A stretch of DNA of 64,000 nt from an uncultured Planctomycetia bacterium (lineage in GTDB: Bacteria; Omnitrophota; Gorgyraeia; Pluralincolimonadales; Pluralincolimonadaceae). The stretch lies in the NCBI GenBank assembly GCA_964650515.1, contig CAZYUB010000006.1, positions 13,858-77,857 on the forward strand, given 5' to 3'. The position numbers were made by a program, and so were the translations under genes. Below, one piece after another: positions 29,213-37,408 of the stretch; positions within the stretch are counted from its first letter, which is position 1; the number at the start of each line of letters is the position of its first letter. Below the pieces are notes generated by a model. That model was not told the DNA's origin. It saw only the letters and a list, made by a program, of their open reading frames with translations, and did not search any database.

Positions 29213-30457
29213 ATGGCTGATAACAATTCAAGGGAATGTTCGATACAGATACTCGTTGATAAATGCACGGGCTGCACACTCTGCGTGAAGGCGTGCCCGT
29301 TCGGCGCGATAACGATGAAGGATGACGCGCAGGCCAAGAAGGGCAAGCTCGCCGTAATAGATTTCGTCAAATGCACGCTCTGCGGCGCGTGCGTCGAGAC
29401 GTGCAAGTTCAATGCCATTGAGAAGACCGTATGCAAGGTCGCACCGAAAGTGAAGCTCGACGACTATAAGGGCGTATGGGTCTTCGCCGAACAGAAGAAG
29501 GGCAAGGTCCAGAGCGTGGCGTTCGAGCTCCTGGGCAAGGGCAGGGAACTCACGAACGACCTCGGCGTAGAGCTCGCGGCGGTACTGATCGGCGATAATG
29601 TCGCCGATCGGGCGGACGAACTCTTCTCGCGCGGCGCGGACAAGGTCTATCTTGTCGAGAGCCCGAAACTCAAGGATTACCAGGACGAGCCATATACCAA
29701 CATAATCGTCGAGCTCGTGAAGGAGTTCAAGCCGGAGATACTGTTGTACGGGGCGACCTCGATAGGCAGGTCCCTCGCGTCACGCATCGCGGTCAAGTTA
29801 TATACGGGCCTCACGGCCGACTGCACCGGCCTCGCGATAGACAAACAGAAGAAGTTGCTGCTGCAGACCCGCCCGGCGTTCGGCGGCAATATCATGGCCA
29901 CGATCCTCTGCGAGAACTACCGGCCGCAGATGGCAACGGTCCGCCACAAGGTCTTCAAGGAAGCCGCCGTGGACAAGGCGAAAAAGGGCCAGGTAATAAA
30001 GAAAGATTATCCCGTCGGTATTTACGATTCGCGGACAAAGATAACAAACGTCGTGGAAGAGCTGTCGGCGACGGTCAACCTTACCGAGGCGGACATCATC
30101 GTCTCCGGAGGCAGGGGGCTCGGGAAAGCGGAGAACTTCAAGGTCATAGAAGAACTCGCGAAAGTGCTCGGAGGCGCTGTCGGCGCGTCGCGTTCGGCGG
30201 TGGACGCCGAGTGGATACCTTACTCGCACCAGGTCGGCCAAACGGGCAAGACCGTTTGTCCGAAAATATACATTGCTTGCGGCATATCGGGGCAGATACA
30301 GCATCTCGCCGGGATGTCTTCATCGGAGATCATAATCGCGGTCAATAAAGACCCGCAGGCGCCGATCTTCTCCGTAGCGACCTACGGGATCGTCGGGGAC
30401 CTGTTTGAGGTGGTCCCCGCGTTGACGCAGAAGTTCAAGGAGATCCTTAAAAAGTAG
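29213..30457 (+). CDS. etfA: Electron transfer flavoprotein alpha subunit with an N-terminal 2x[4Fe-4S] ferredoxin domain.
   Basis: Two CxxCxxCxxxCP motifs at the N-terminus, followed by the EtfA FAD-binding region. Confidence 0.8.
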   Translation: MADNNSRECSIQILVDKCTGCTLCVKACPFGAITMKDDAQAKKGKLAVIDFVKCTLCGACVETCKFNAIEKTVCKVAPKVKLDDYKGVWVFAEQKKGKVQSVAFELLGKGRELTNDLGVELAAVLIGDNVADRADELFSRGADKVYLVESPKLKDYQDEPYTNIIVELVKEFKPEILLYGATSIGRSLASRIAVKLYTGLTADCTGLAIDKQKKLLLQTRPAFGGNIMATILCENYRPQMATVRHKVFKEAAVDKAKKGQVIKKDYPVGIYDSRTKITNVVEELSATVNLTEADIIVSGGRGLGKAENFKVIEELAKVLGGAVGASRSAVDAEWIPYSHQVGQTGKTVCPKIYIACGISGQIQHLAGMSSSEIIIAVNKDPQAPIFSVATYGIVGDLFEVVPALTQKFKEILKK

Positions 30458-30481
30458 CCTCTCTTTAACAGGGGGATCAAA

Positions 30482-32059
30482 TTGGCAGAAGTCCCGCTCA
30501 GCAGTACCAGAGAGAAGATCCCTTTTACCTCAAGCATAAACTTCAGGTTCATCCTCATATTCATCCTGCTCGTTACCGTGACGACCTTCCTCAGCGGAAT
30601 GATACTTATATACCAGGGCCAGAGGTCGCTCGAGGACGCCGTCCTCAAGAAGAACCTGACCGCGTGCGAGAACGTCCGCAGCAGGATAGAGAGTTTCATC
30701 CAGGAAGCCAGGTCATCCGTCGAGCTTATGACGATGATGCCGGGGATAAAAGACCTCGACCTGTTCCAGATAGACAAGATGATGTACGAGGTCATATCGG
30801 AGCATGAGCGGCTCGACCCGGTGGCGGTCCTGAACGACCAGGGCATCATGATATCCTCGCGCAATCCTTCCGACCAGAACAAGGACATGTCCGGCAGCGA
30901 CCTTTTCCTGAAGACCAAGAGCAAGAGCTATATCTCGGACATATATTTTTCCTCCGACGGCCAGCCGTTGATAACCATCGCGGCGCCGATATTCGATTAC
31001 GACAGTTTCGGTAGGAGGATAGGCGTGCTTGTGACGGCCGTAAAGCTGCGCAGCCTCTGGCCTACTCTCGACAGGACCAAGGTCGGAGAGAAGGGCGTGA
31101 TAGTGGTTACGGACAGGAAAGGCGAGCTGGTCTACAGGTCCGGGGAAGCGAAGACGGGCAACGTCGGCAGTGACAGGACCGTGAAACTCGCGCTTGAAGG
31201 AAAGACAGGCAGCGTTAATTACGGCAACATGCTGAGTTCATACATGCCGCTTACGGGTACGGTCACCGGTTCCGTAGTCGTGAAGCAGCCGGCGCAGGAA
31301 GCCCTTTACGGCGTAGCTAAGATGAGGGGCCAATCGATGGTCCTGCTCGTGCTGAGCATTATGGTCGCTATCGCGATAGGCCTCGTGCTGTCGAACAGCA
31401 TGCTCGTCTCGGTCAGGAAGCTCCTTGTCGGCACGAAGATAGTCGCCGAGGGCGACCTCGGTTATAAGATAGACATAAAGACGGATGACGAGATCGGCGA
31501 GCTCGCGAGGTCGTTCAACGTGATGACCGTCGAACTCAAAAAGCAAAGGGAGAGGGCGATAACCGACGAGCTCACGCATCTCTACACGCATTCGTATTTC
31601 CTCGAGACGCTGAAGGCGGAGGTCTACAGGGCAAAGAGGTACAGGGCAAAGCTTTCCCTGATGATGCTCGACATCGACCACTTCAAGTTGTTCAACGACA
31701 ATTACGGGCACCAGGTCGGCGATGAGGTGCTTATCAGGATATCCGAGATGCTGAAATCGAGCCTCAGGGAATCCGATGTCGCGTCAAGGTACGGCGGCGA
31801 GGAACTCGTCGTGCTTGCGGCCGAGACCGACAAGGAAGGCATATACATACTCGCCGAGAGGGTGCGCAAGAAGATCGCCGAGGACGTTATCGTCGAGCAC
31901 GAGGACAAGAAGCTCAAGGTCACGGTCAGTATCGGCGTCACGACCCTTACCGAGGACGACATCAAGAGGGACATATTCCCCGACGACTTCCTGAAGCGGG
32001 TCGATATGGCGCTCTATAAGGCAAAGGACAAGGGAAGAAATTGCGTCGTACAGCTTTAG
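30482..32059 (+). CDS. Sensor diguanylate cyclase (periplasmic Cache-like domain, HAMP, GGDEF with a GGEEL active site).
   Basis: An N-terminal TM, a ~250-aa loop, then a second TM; HAMP; DIDHFKLFND…RYGGEELVV. TTG start at 30482 with a G-rich RBS. Confidence 0.8.
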   Translation: MAEVPLSSTREKIPFTSSINFRFILIFILLVTVTTFLSGMILIYQGQRSLEDAVLKKNLTACENVRSRIESFIQEARSSVELMTMMPGIKDLDLFQIDKMMYEVISEHERLDPVAVLNDQGIMISSRNPSDQNKDMSGSDLFLKTKSKSYISDIYFSSDGQPLITIAAPIFDYDSFGRRIGVLVTAVKLRSLWPTLDRTKVGEKGVIVVTDRKGELVYRSGEAKTGNVGSDRTVKLALEGKTGSVNYGNMLSSYMPLTGTVTGSVVVKQPAQEALYGVAKMRGQSMVLLVLSIMVAIAIGLVLSNSMLVSVRKLLVGTKIVAEGDLGYKIDIKTDDEIGELARSFNVMTVELKKQRERAITDELTHLYTHSYFLETLKAEVYRAKRYRAKLSLMMLDIDHFKLFNDNYGHQVGDEVLIRISEMLKSSLRESDVASRYGGEELVVLAAETDKEGIYILAERVRKKIAEDVIVEHEDKKLKVTVSIGVTTLTEDDIKRDIFPDDFLKRVDMALYKAKDKGRNCVVQL

Positions 32060-33273
32060 CATTAGCCGCGTTCATAGCGGTTGCTGCATTCCTGTCCGCG
32101 GAGGTGCTGGTCCGCGAGAGGGCCCTGAAGAAGCCCGAGACGATACAGAATATCGCCTTCACCAAAGGGACGACGGTGTATTTCGACGAATCCGGACGGC
32201 TGCAATTCGCGAGCCTCGGCGCCGACCAGCAGGTCATGGGCATCAGGTTCGCGAAAAGCACGTCCGTCTATTTTGACGGTTCCGGAAGGATCGAGTATGC
32301 GTACCTCGCAGCCGACCAACAGGTACTCGGATTGGACGTAAAGAGAGGGACCTCGGTATATTTCACGAAGAGTGGCAGGCTGGATTATATTATAGTCACG
32401 GGTGACGAGCAGATAGGCGGCCTGCTTTGCGCCAAGGGCTCAAAGGCGGGTTTCTATGAGTCGGGTAAACTCCGTTATGCCACGCTCGGCAAGGACCAGA
32501 TGGTCCAGGGTATAACCTGCGCGAAGGGCTCGATAGCGGGTTTCTATGAGTCGGGTAAACTCCAGCACGGGATATTATCCGGCGATTCGTGTGTGCAGGA
32601 TATAATGTTCGCGAAGGGCACCTACCTTCTTTTTTATGAGACGGGCAGCATAAAGAGCGCGTACCTGGTTGCGCCCACCGAGATAATGGGTATTGTCTGC
32701 GCGAACGGCCCGAGCGCGAGTTTTTACGAGAACGGGAAACTTGACTGGGCCGTCCTCGCGAACGTAAGCGAGGTCCAGGGGATATCCTGCGCGAAGGGCT
32801 CGACGATAGGGTTTTATAACACCGGCAGGCTGCAGTATGCCACGCTGTCGTACGAACAGGATATCGACGGCATCACCTGCGCTAAAGGCACGAAGGCCGG
32901 TTTTTACCAGTCAGGCAAACTCCAGTTCGCGACCCTTGCGTCAGACCAGCAGGTTTTCGGGGTCCCGTGCGCAAAAGGAACGGTAGCGGGCCTGTATGAG
33001 AACGGCAAGCTCCAGTATGCGACCCTAAACGCCGACAGGGAGATAAACGGCATACCCTGCGCGAAGGGAACGAAGGTCGATTTTTATGAGTCCGGAAACC
33101 TGCAGAACGCCACGTTGTCCAAGGACCATAAGATAGGGAAGACCGATTGTCCTAAAGGAGCGGTCGTCGGTATACGCGAATCCGGCACGCTCAAGTACCT
33201 GATATCCGGAGGATCGAAGGTGAGCTTCGACGAGAACGGAAACCGGAGAGATACCGAAAAGACCGCGGATTAA
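32041..33273 (+). CDS. Secreted tandem-repeat protein (MORN-variant/YwqK-like 23-aa repeats, ~15 copies).
   Basis: Signal peptide, then repeats with consensus CAKG(T/S)xAGFYESGKLQYATLxxDQxVxGI. TTG start overlapping the GGDEF gene 3' end. Confidence 0.6.
   Translation: MRRTALALAAFIAVAAFLSAEVLVRERALKKPETIQNIAFTKGTTVYFDESGRLQFASLGADQQVMGIRFAKSTSVYFDGSGRIEYAYLAADQQVLGLDVKRGTSVYFTKSGRLDYIIVTGDEQIGGLLCAKGSKAGFYESGKLRYATLGKDQMVQGITCAKGSIAGFYESGKLQHGILSGDSCVQDIMFAKGTYLLFYETGSIKSAYLVAPTEIMGIVCANGPSASFYENGKLDWAVLANVSEVQGISCAKGSTIGFYNTGRLQYATLSYEQDIDGITCAKGTKAGFYQSGKLQFATLASDQQVFGVPCAKGTVAGLYENGKLQYATLNADREINGIPCAKGTKVDFYESGNLQNATLSKDHKIGKTDCPKGAVVGIRESGTLKYLISGGSKVSFDENGNRRDTEKTAD
32150..33230. repeat. 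Intragenic tandem array of ~69-bp units encoding the 23-aa repeat. Some copies carry 28-bp exact identity.
   Basis: gcgggtttctatgagtcgggtaaactcc occurs identically at ~32441 and ~32543. Confidence 0.6.
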
Positions 33274-33312
33274 GCCCCCTCCCCATTTTTTGCCCTTTTT
33301 GTAAAAAACCCC

Positions 33313-33341
33313 TTGACGGCCTTCCGTACGAGTAATACAAT
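33313..33341 (+). promoter_or_regulatory. Sigma70-like promoter, TTGACG-17-TACAAT.
   Basis: TTGACG at 33313-18 and TACAAT at 33336-41. An RBS GGAAGGAGAG lies upstream of the ATG at 33374. Confidence 0.5.
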
Positions 33342-33373
33342 TATATACGAAATATGAGGGAAGGAGAGTCCAT

Positions 33374-33568
33374 ATGGACACAGGCACGAAGTACATAACT
33401 ATGGATGAGGTCACGAATTACTTAAGCCTCAGCGAGGGAAGTATCCGTAAGCTTATACGGGAACAGAGCTTTCCGCATGTTAAGGTCCTGAGAAAGTACC
33501 TGTTCAATAGGCAGGATATCGATGAGTGGCTTAAGATGCATTCGCAGGGCCTCAGGGCGAAAAAGTAG
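33374..33568 (+). CDS. Small HTH DNA-binding protein (excisionase/MerR-like HTH_17 family).
   Basis: 64 aa. ITMDEVTNYLSLSEGSIRKLIREQSFP is a helix-turn-helix. No adjacent integrase. Confidence 0.6.
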   Translation: MDTGTKYITMDEVTNYLSLSEGSIRKLIREQSFPHVKVLRKYLFNRQDIDEWLKMHSQGLRAKK

Positions 33569-33592
33569 CATTACCTAACCATAAAAGGGGTC

Positions 33593-36500
33593 ATGCTAAG
33601 CCAAAATTGCAGTAAATATGTTATATCCATATCTATCGCGCTCGCGATATCATTCCCTTCGATATCGTGTTCCGGCGGCGAGGAGTTAGATTACAATAAA
33701 CTTTCGCTTGAAGCCGCGCTGAACATTATGTATGAGATAGACCCCGAAATACAGTCAAGTAAACTTGCCGTAGATTCCGCCCATCTCGAGATAAGGGCGA
33801 GGAAACTTGATACGTTCCTCCCGAAGATAAGCGCGGGCGCCACGCTTGTAAAACCGGTAAACGTCTTCTCCTCGCTTGAGCAGCAAAAGGAGATGTTCTT
33901 TGAGCAGCAGCTCGTAATAGAATTCGCCGTTACTTCTGACAGCCTGAAACAAATTGCCAGGGAAAGGAAGAATTACGAAACAAGCATGCTCGAGCTGAAA
34001 CAGGACATATCTATCAAGAGCCGCAGGCTGATCGCCGTATATTACGCGGTCGCCAGGGCGCAGGAAAACTACAGGTCAAGCTGCGATAATGTCGAGACGA
34101 TCGAGAAATATTTAAAGGAAGTGGAGAACAGCAATGAATATTCGGAAGTGGAGAAGTTCGAACTGAAGAACTATCTCGGGGTAGTGATCGAGGAAAAATT
34201 GGGGGCGTTGAACACGCTTATCAATACGAGAAGGGACCTTCGCGGGCTTCTCGGGCTTGAGGACAGGGAAGACATCATAATAACGGTCGAGGAACTCCCG
34301 GATAACATAAACAAGGACGCGGCTTTTGCGGAAAACCCGTTCATCAGGCCGGTAGACTATACGATGGACATATACAAGAAAAGGGAGGAAGCGGCTGGCA
34401 TCGCCGCTCGTATCAGCGCGTCGCCCCTGTTGGGGCTTTCGTCCTCGACTATCTTCGGAATAGGCGAAGGTAAAGGGACGAAGTTCCAGAAGAAGGCGAT
34501 AACGGATACCCAGGTGGAATTATTCTTAACCGACTTCGGCTATACCGCGGGGTTGAATAATGCCGGAAGGATCGGGTCGCAGATAGCCCGGCTCGAGCTG
34601 CTGAAGGCCGAGGAGGACCTGGAATACGCGGACCGCATAACGAGCGATAAGCTCTCCGAGCTGAGCGCGCTTATAGATAATTACAGGGATTATATAACCA
34701 AGACCGAAGATACTTTCAGGATGTTCAAGGAGCGGCTGTCCCTGCCTGTTATCGAGATAATAAGGATGAACGATAACATATATAAAGCGAGGTACGCGCT
34801 GCAGCAGGCGCTCGTTGATTATACGGTCATGCTGTCCAAGCTTAACGGTGTCGAATTGAAGCCGGAGCAGTCGAGCCCGCAGTACCAGGATATGGGCCTT
34901 GAGGACCTTTTGGCAAGGGGAGAGAGGAGCGATATCCTTACCGCAAAGCGGGTAGCCGAAAATAAGCTCAGGATGGAGAACGTCAGGGTCAAGGCCATGA
35001 AGGCGGGATACCTGCCGAAGATAACCGGGGCCGCGGTGCTTGAGAACGCCAATATAGACGGCACGCCGTACACGAACACGAGGGCTTATCTCGCGCTCGA
35101 AGCCCGCCTTTTTAACGGTAAGACCGGCCAGGCAGTGAAGGCGGCAAAGGCAGGCGCGGAGGCGGCGGGATACGAGGGGGCCGCGTTACAGAACTATGTC
35201 GCGGACGAGATAATAAGGAATTACCTGGCGATATTAAGGAACAAGAACACCTTAAAGAGACTGGAAGAGATAAAGGAGATAAAGGCCGGCATTGTCGGGC
35301 GCATGATGGAGGAGGCGCAGGGCGTAAACCCGAAATACAGCAATTCGGACATACTCCCTCTTGTCCTCCAGCAGATGGAGCTCGACAGGGTCATGGCGGA
35401 TGTGGAGTTCTCGCTGGCGGTGGTCGAATACGACCTGAAGAGATGGACAGGCATACCGCTCAACGAAAATATAAGCGTGAAGGAGCTGCCGGGTTTCGGG
35501 ACAGACGAAGGCCTCTCGAAGTTCAAGGCGCTCATCAGCTCCAGGGTGGCGCCGTATTTCGACGGCAAGGCCCCGGTCAAACAGGCCTTCAGCGCGGTCG
35601 AGAAGAACAGGGCCGGGGAGGCGCAGGCCGTCGCGTACGAAGGCGCGCTCTTAAATGTGAAATACGAGACGAAGGGGGCGGATTATTACGGATGGAAGAA
35701 CCCGGACAAGCAGTTGTCTTTCAGCGTCTCCGTGCCGTGGGGCGACCGCCGGGAGCGGCTGGCACAGTCGGACGCTTCAAGGGCGCGCATCAGGTCCGAG
35801 ATAGAGTATATAAAAAGCATGGATGAGTATGAAAAGGAAAGGCTGGCCGTAAAGACCGCTTATGACGCTTCGAAGGAGCTTATCGAGAACCTGCGCAGCA
35901 AGATGGAGAACATGGAGTCGCAGTACCGCATAACGGACGAGCTTTACAGGTTCGGCGGCAGGACGCAGAGGCAGATGGTCGACGCGAAGCTGGATTATAC
36001 CGTGGCCTGCATGAGCTATGAGGAAGCGGTCCTTGACAACTATTACCATAACGCGAGGGAGATACTGATTGTAGAGAAGGACGCGGGGCCCGAAGGCGGC
36101 GAGAAGATACTTCTGTCAGGGCTGCAGGAAGCGATAGACATGGCGCTGGAGAACAGCCGGCAGGTCAGGAAATACGAAGAGTTGCTCGAACTGGAGAAGG
36201 AGACGCTCAAGTACTACAAGACGTTCAGGGTGAAAGGTGACATTATCGAGAAGTACTACAGGATAGACAATAAGGGTTGGGAAAAACAGAAGGACCTGCT
36301 TACGACAGGTGCCGTAACGACCGTTGAAGCGGACCTTGTGAATAAATTTATGAGCAAGAGGCAGCAGCGAAGGATCGAACTGGCGGAAAAGGACGTGGTC
36401 CAGGCGAAGTTCGACCTTACCCTGAAGGTCGCGGACGCGTATTCCGATTACCTCGGCTCCCTGGCCGAAGCGTCTGAAGTCGAGGCGGAATATGAAAAGC

Positions 36501-37408
36501 AGAAGACGGTCCTCGCGGAGATGGAAGAGCTGTTCAGGGCAAAGGCGATAGCGCATGTCGACCTCTTAAAGCAGAGGGAGTTCGTCGAGAGCATGTATCA
36601 GAAATATATAGACATCAACAGGTATACCGAAGGATACAGGAACAACCTCGGTATAGCGGTCGGAGGCCTCGATCCGCGGTTCTCGATAGTGAATACCGAG
36701 GTCTACGACAAGTCCGCCAAACGAGTCGCCCTTACCGGGGATTTTGAGATTAAGCAGAGGTTATTGGACGAGCTGACCGCGGCGAGGCAGTCGCTGCAGG
36801 GTCCGTTGACGGACGACCTGCTGGAACGCGCGGAAATCGATATAAGCATGGCCAGGCTCGATACCGAAGCCATATCAAAACAGATCAAGACGCTTGCGAT
36901 AAACCTCGAGTATAATTACCTTACCGATTATATGGGATTATTGACCAAGGATGAGGCCGCTTTCTCGCGTTATGATAACATGTCGGAATTTATCTCGCTG
37001 AACTCGATGGACAAGATATTTGATCCCGTGACCGGCACGAAAGCGAGAGTCGCCGCAATAAAGGAGAAGGTGGCGGCGTTGAGGTCTAAATCATACACGA
37101 AGGACGTGGTCCAGGACGCGTTGAGGAGGTTTACAGATTACCAGATAGCCGTTGCCGACTACGGGAACTACGAAAAGCACGAGTCGGCGCTGGAAAAAGA
37201 GATGTCAGAGAAGATGCGTATAGAAGAGGCGGCCGGAGAGACGGCCCTGATCAGGCAAAGGGAGCTGAAAGAGACGGTGCTTAACAACAAGATCAATAAG
37301 ATACAGGCGTTCTACCGCATGATGAAATTTATGAACGAGCTTGACCGTTATCTGATAAGATATACGTCAAAGGGGATAGAATCATACGTAACGTTCACGG
37401 ATAAATGA
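33593..37408 (+). CDS. Giant TolC-like outer-membrane efflux lipoprotein (1271 aa, internally duplicated OEP-like modules).
   Basis: Lipoprotein-type signal (…SFPSISCSG). An OEP N-terminal signature LSLEAALNIMYEIDPEIQ, and a second one at LSGLQEAIDMALENSRQVRK (~36110). Extended coiled-coil content. Confidence 0.6.
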   Translation: MLSQNCSKYVISISIALAISFPSISCSGGEELDYNKLSLEAALNIMYEIDPEIQSSKLAVDSAHLEIRARKLDTFLPKISAGATLVKPVNVFSSLEQQKEMFFEQQLVIEFAVTSDSLKQIARERKNYETSMLELKQDISIKSRRLIAVYYAVARAQENYRSSCDNVETIEKYLKEVENSNEYSEVEKFELKNYLGVVIEEKLGALNTLINTRRDLRGLLGLEDREDIIITVEELPDNINKDAAFAENPFIRPVDYTMDIYKKREEAAGIAARISASPLLGLSSSTIFGIGEGKGTKFQKKAITDTQVELFLTDFGYTAGLNNAGRIGSQIARLELLKAEEDLEYADRITSDKLSELSALIDNYRDYITKTEDTFRMFKERLSLPVIEIIRMNDNIYKARYALQQALVDYTVMLSKLNGVELKPEQSSPQYQDMGLEDLLARGERSDILTAKRVAENKLRMENVRVKAMKAGYLPKITGAAVLENANIDGTPYTNTRAYLALEARLFNGKTGQAVKAAKAGAEAAGYEGAALQNYVADEIIRNYLAILRNKNTLKRLEEIKEIKAGIVGRMMEEAQGVNPKYSNSDILPLVLQQMELDRVMADVEFSLAVVEYDLKRWTGIPLNENISVKELPGFGTDEGLSKFKALISSRVAPYFDGKAPVKQAFSAVEKNRAGEAQAVAYEGALLNVKYETKGADYYGWKNPDKQLSFSVSVPWGDRRERLAQSDASRARIRSEIEYIKSMDEYEKERLAVKTAYDASKELIENLRSKMENMESQYRITDELYRFGGRTQRQMVDAKLDYTVACMSYEEAVLDNYYHNAREILIVEKDAGPEGGEKILLSGLQEAIDMALENSRQVRKYEELLELEKETLKYYKTFRVKGDIIEKYYRIDNKGWEKQKDLLTTGAVTTVEADLVNKFMSKRQQRRIELAEKDVVQAKFDLTLKVADAYSDYLGSLAEASEVEAEYEKQKTVLAEMEELFRAKAIAHVDLLKQREFVESMYQKYIDINRYTEGYRNNLGIAVGGLDPRFSIVNTEVYDKSAKRVALTGDFEIKQRLLDELTAARQSLQGPLTDDLLERAEIDISMARLDTEAISKQIKTLAINLEYNYLTDYMGLLTKDEAAFSRYDNMSEFISLNSMDKIFDPVTGTKARVAAIKEKVAALRSKSYTKDVVQDALRRFTDYQIAVADYGNYEKHESALEKEMSEKMRIEEAAGETALIRQRELKETVLNNKINKIQAFYRMMKFMNELDRYLIRYTSKGIESYVTFTDK

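Noticed and set aside
33374-33568. The excisionase-like HTH as the marker of a prophage or integrative element.
   Set aside because: No integrase, recombinase, phage structural genes, att-like direct repeats or tRNA-adjacent integration signature occur within ±15 kb. I treat it as a small regulator of the downstream giant-gene operon.
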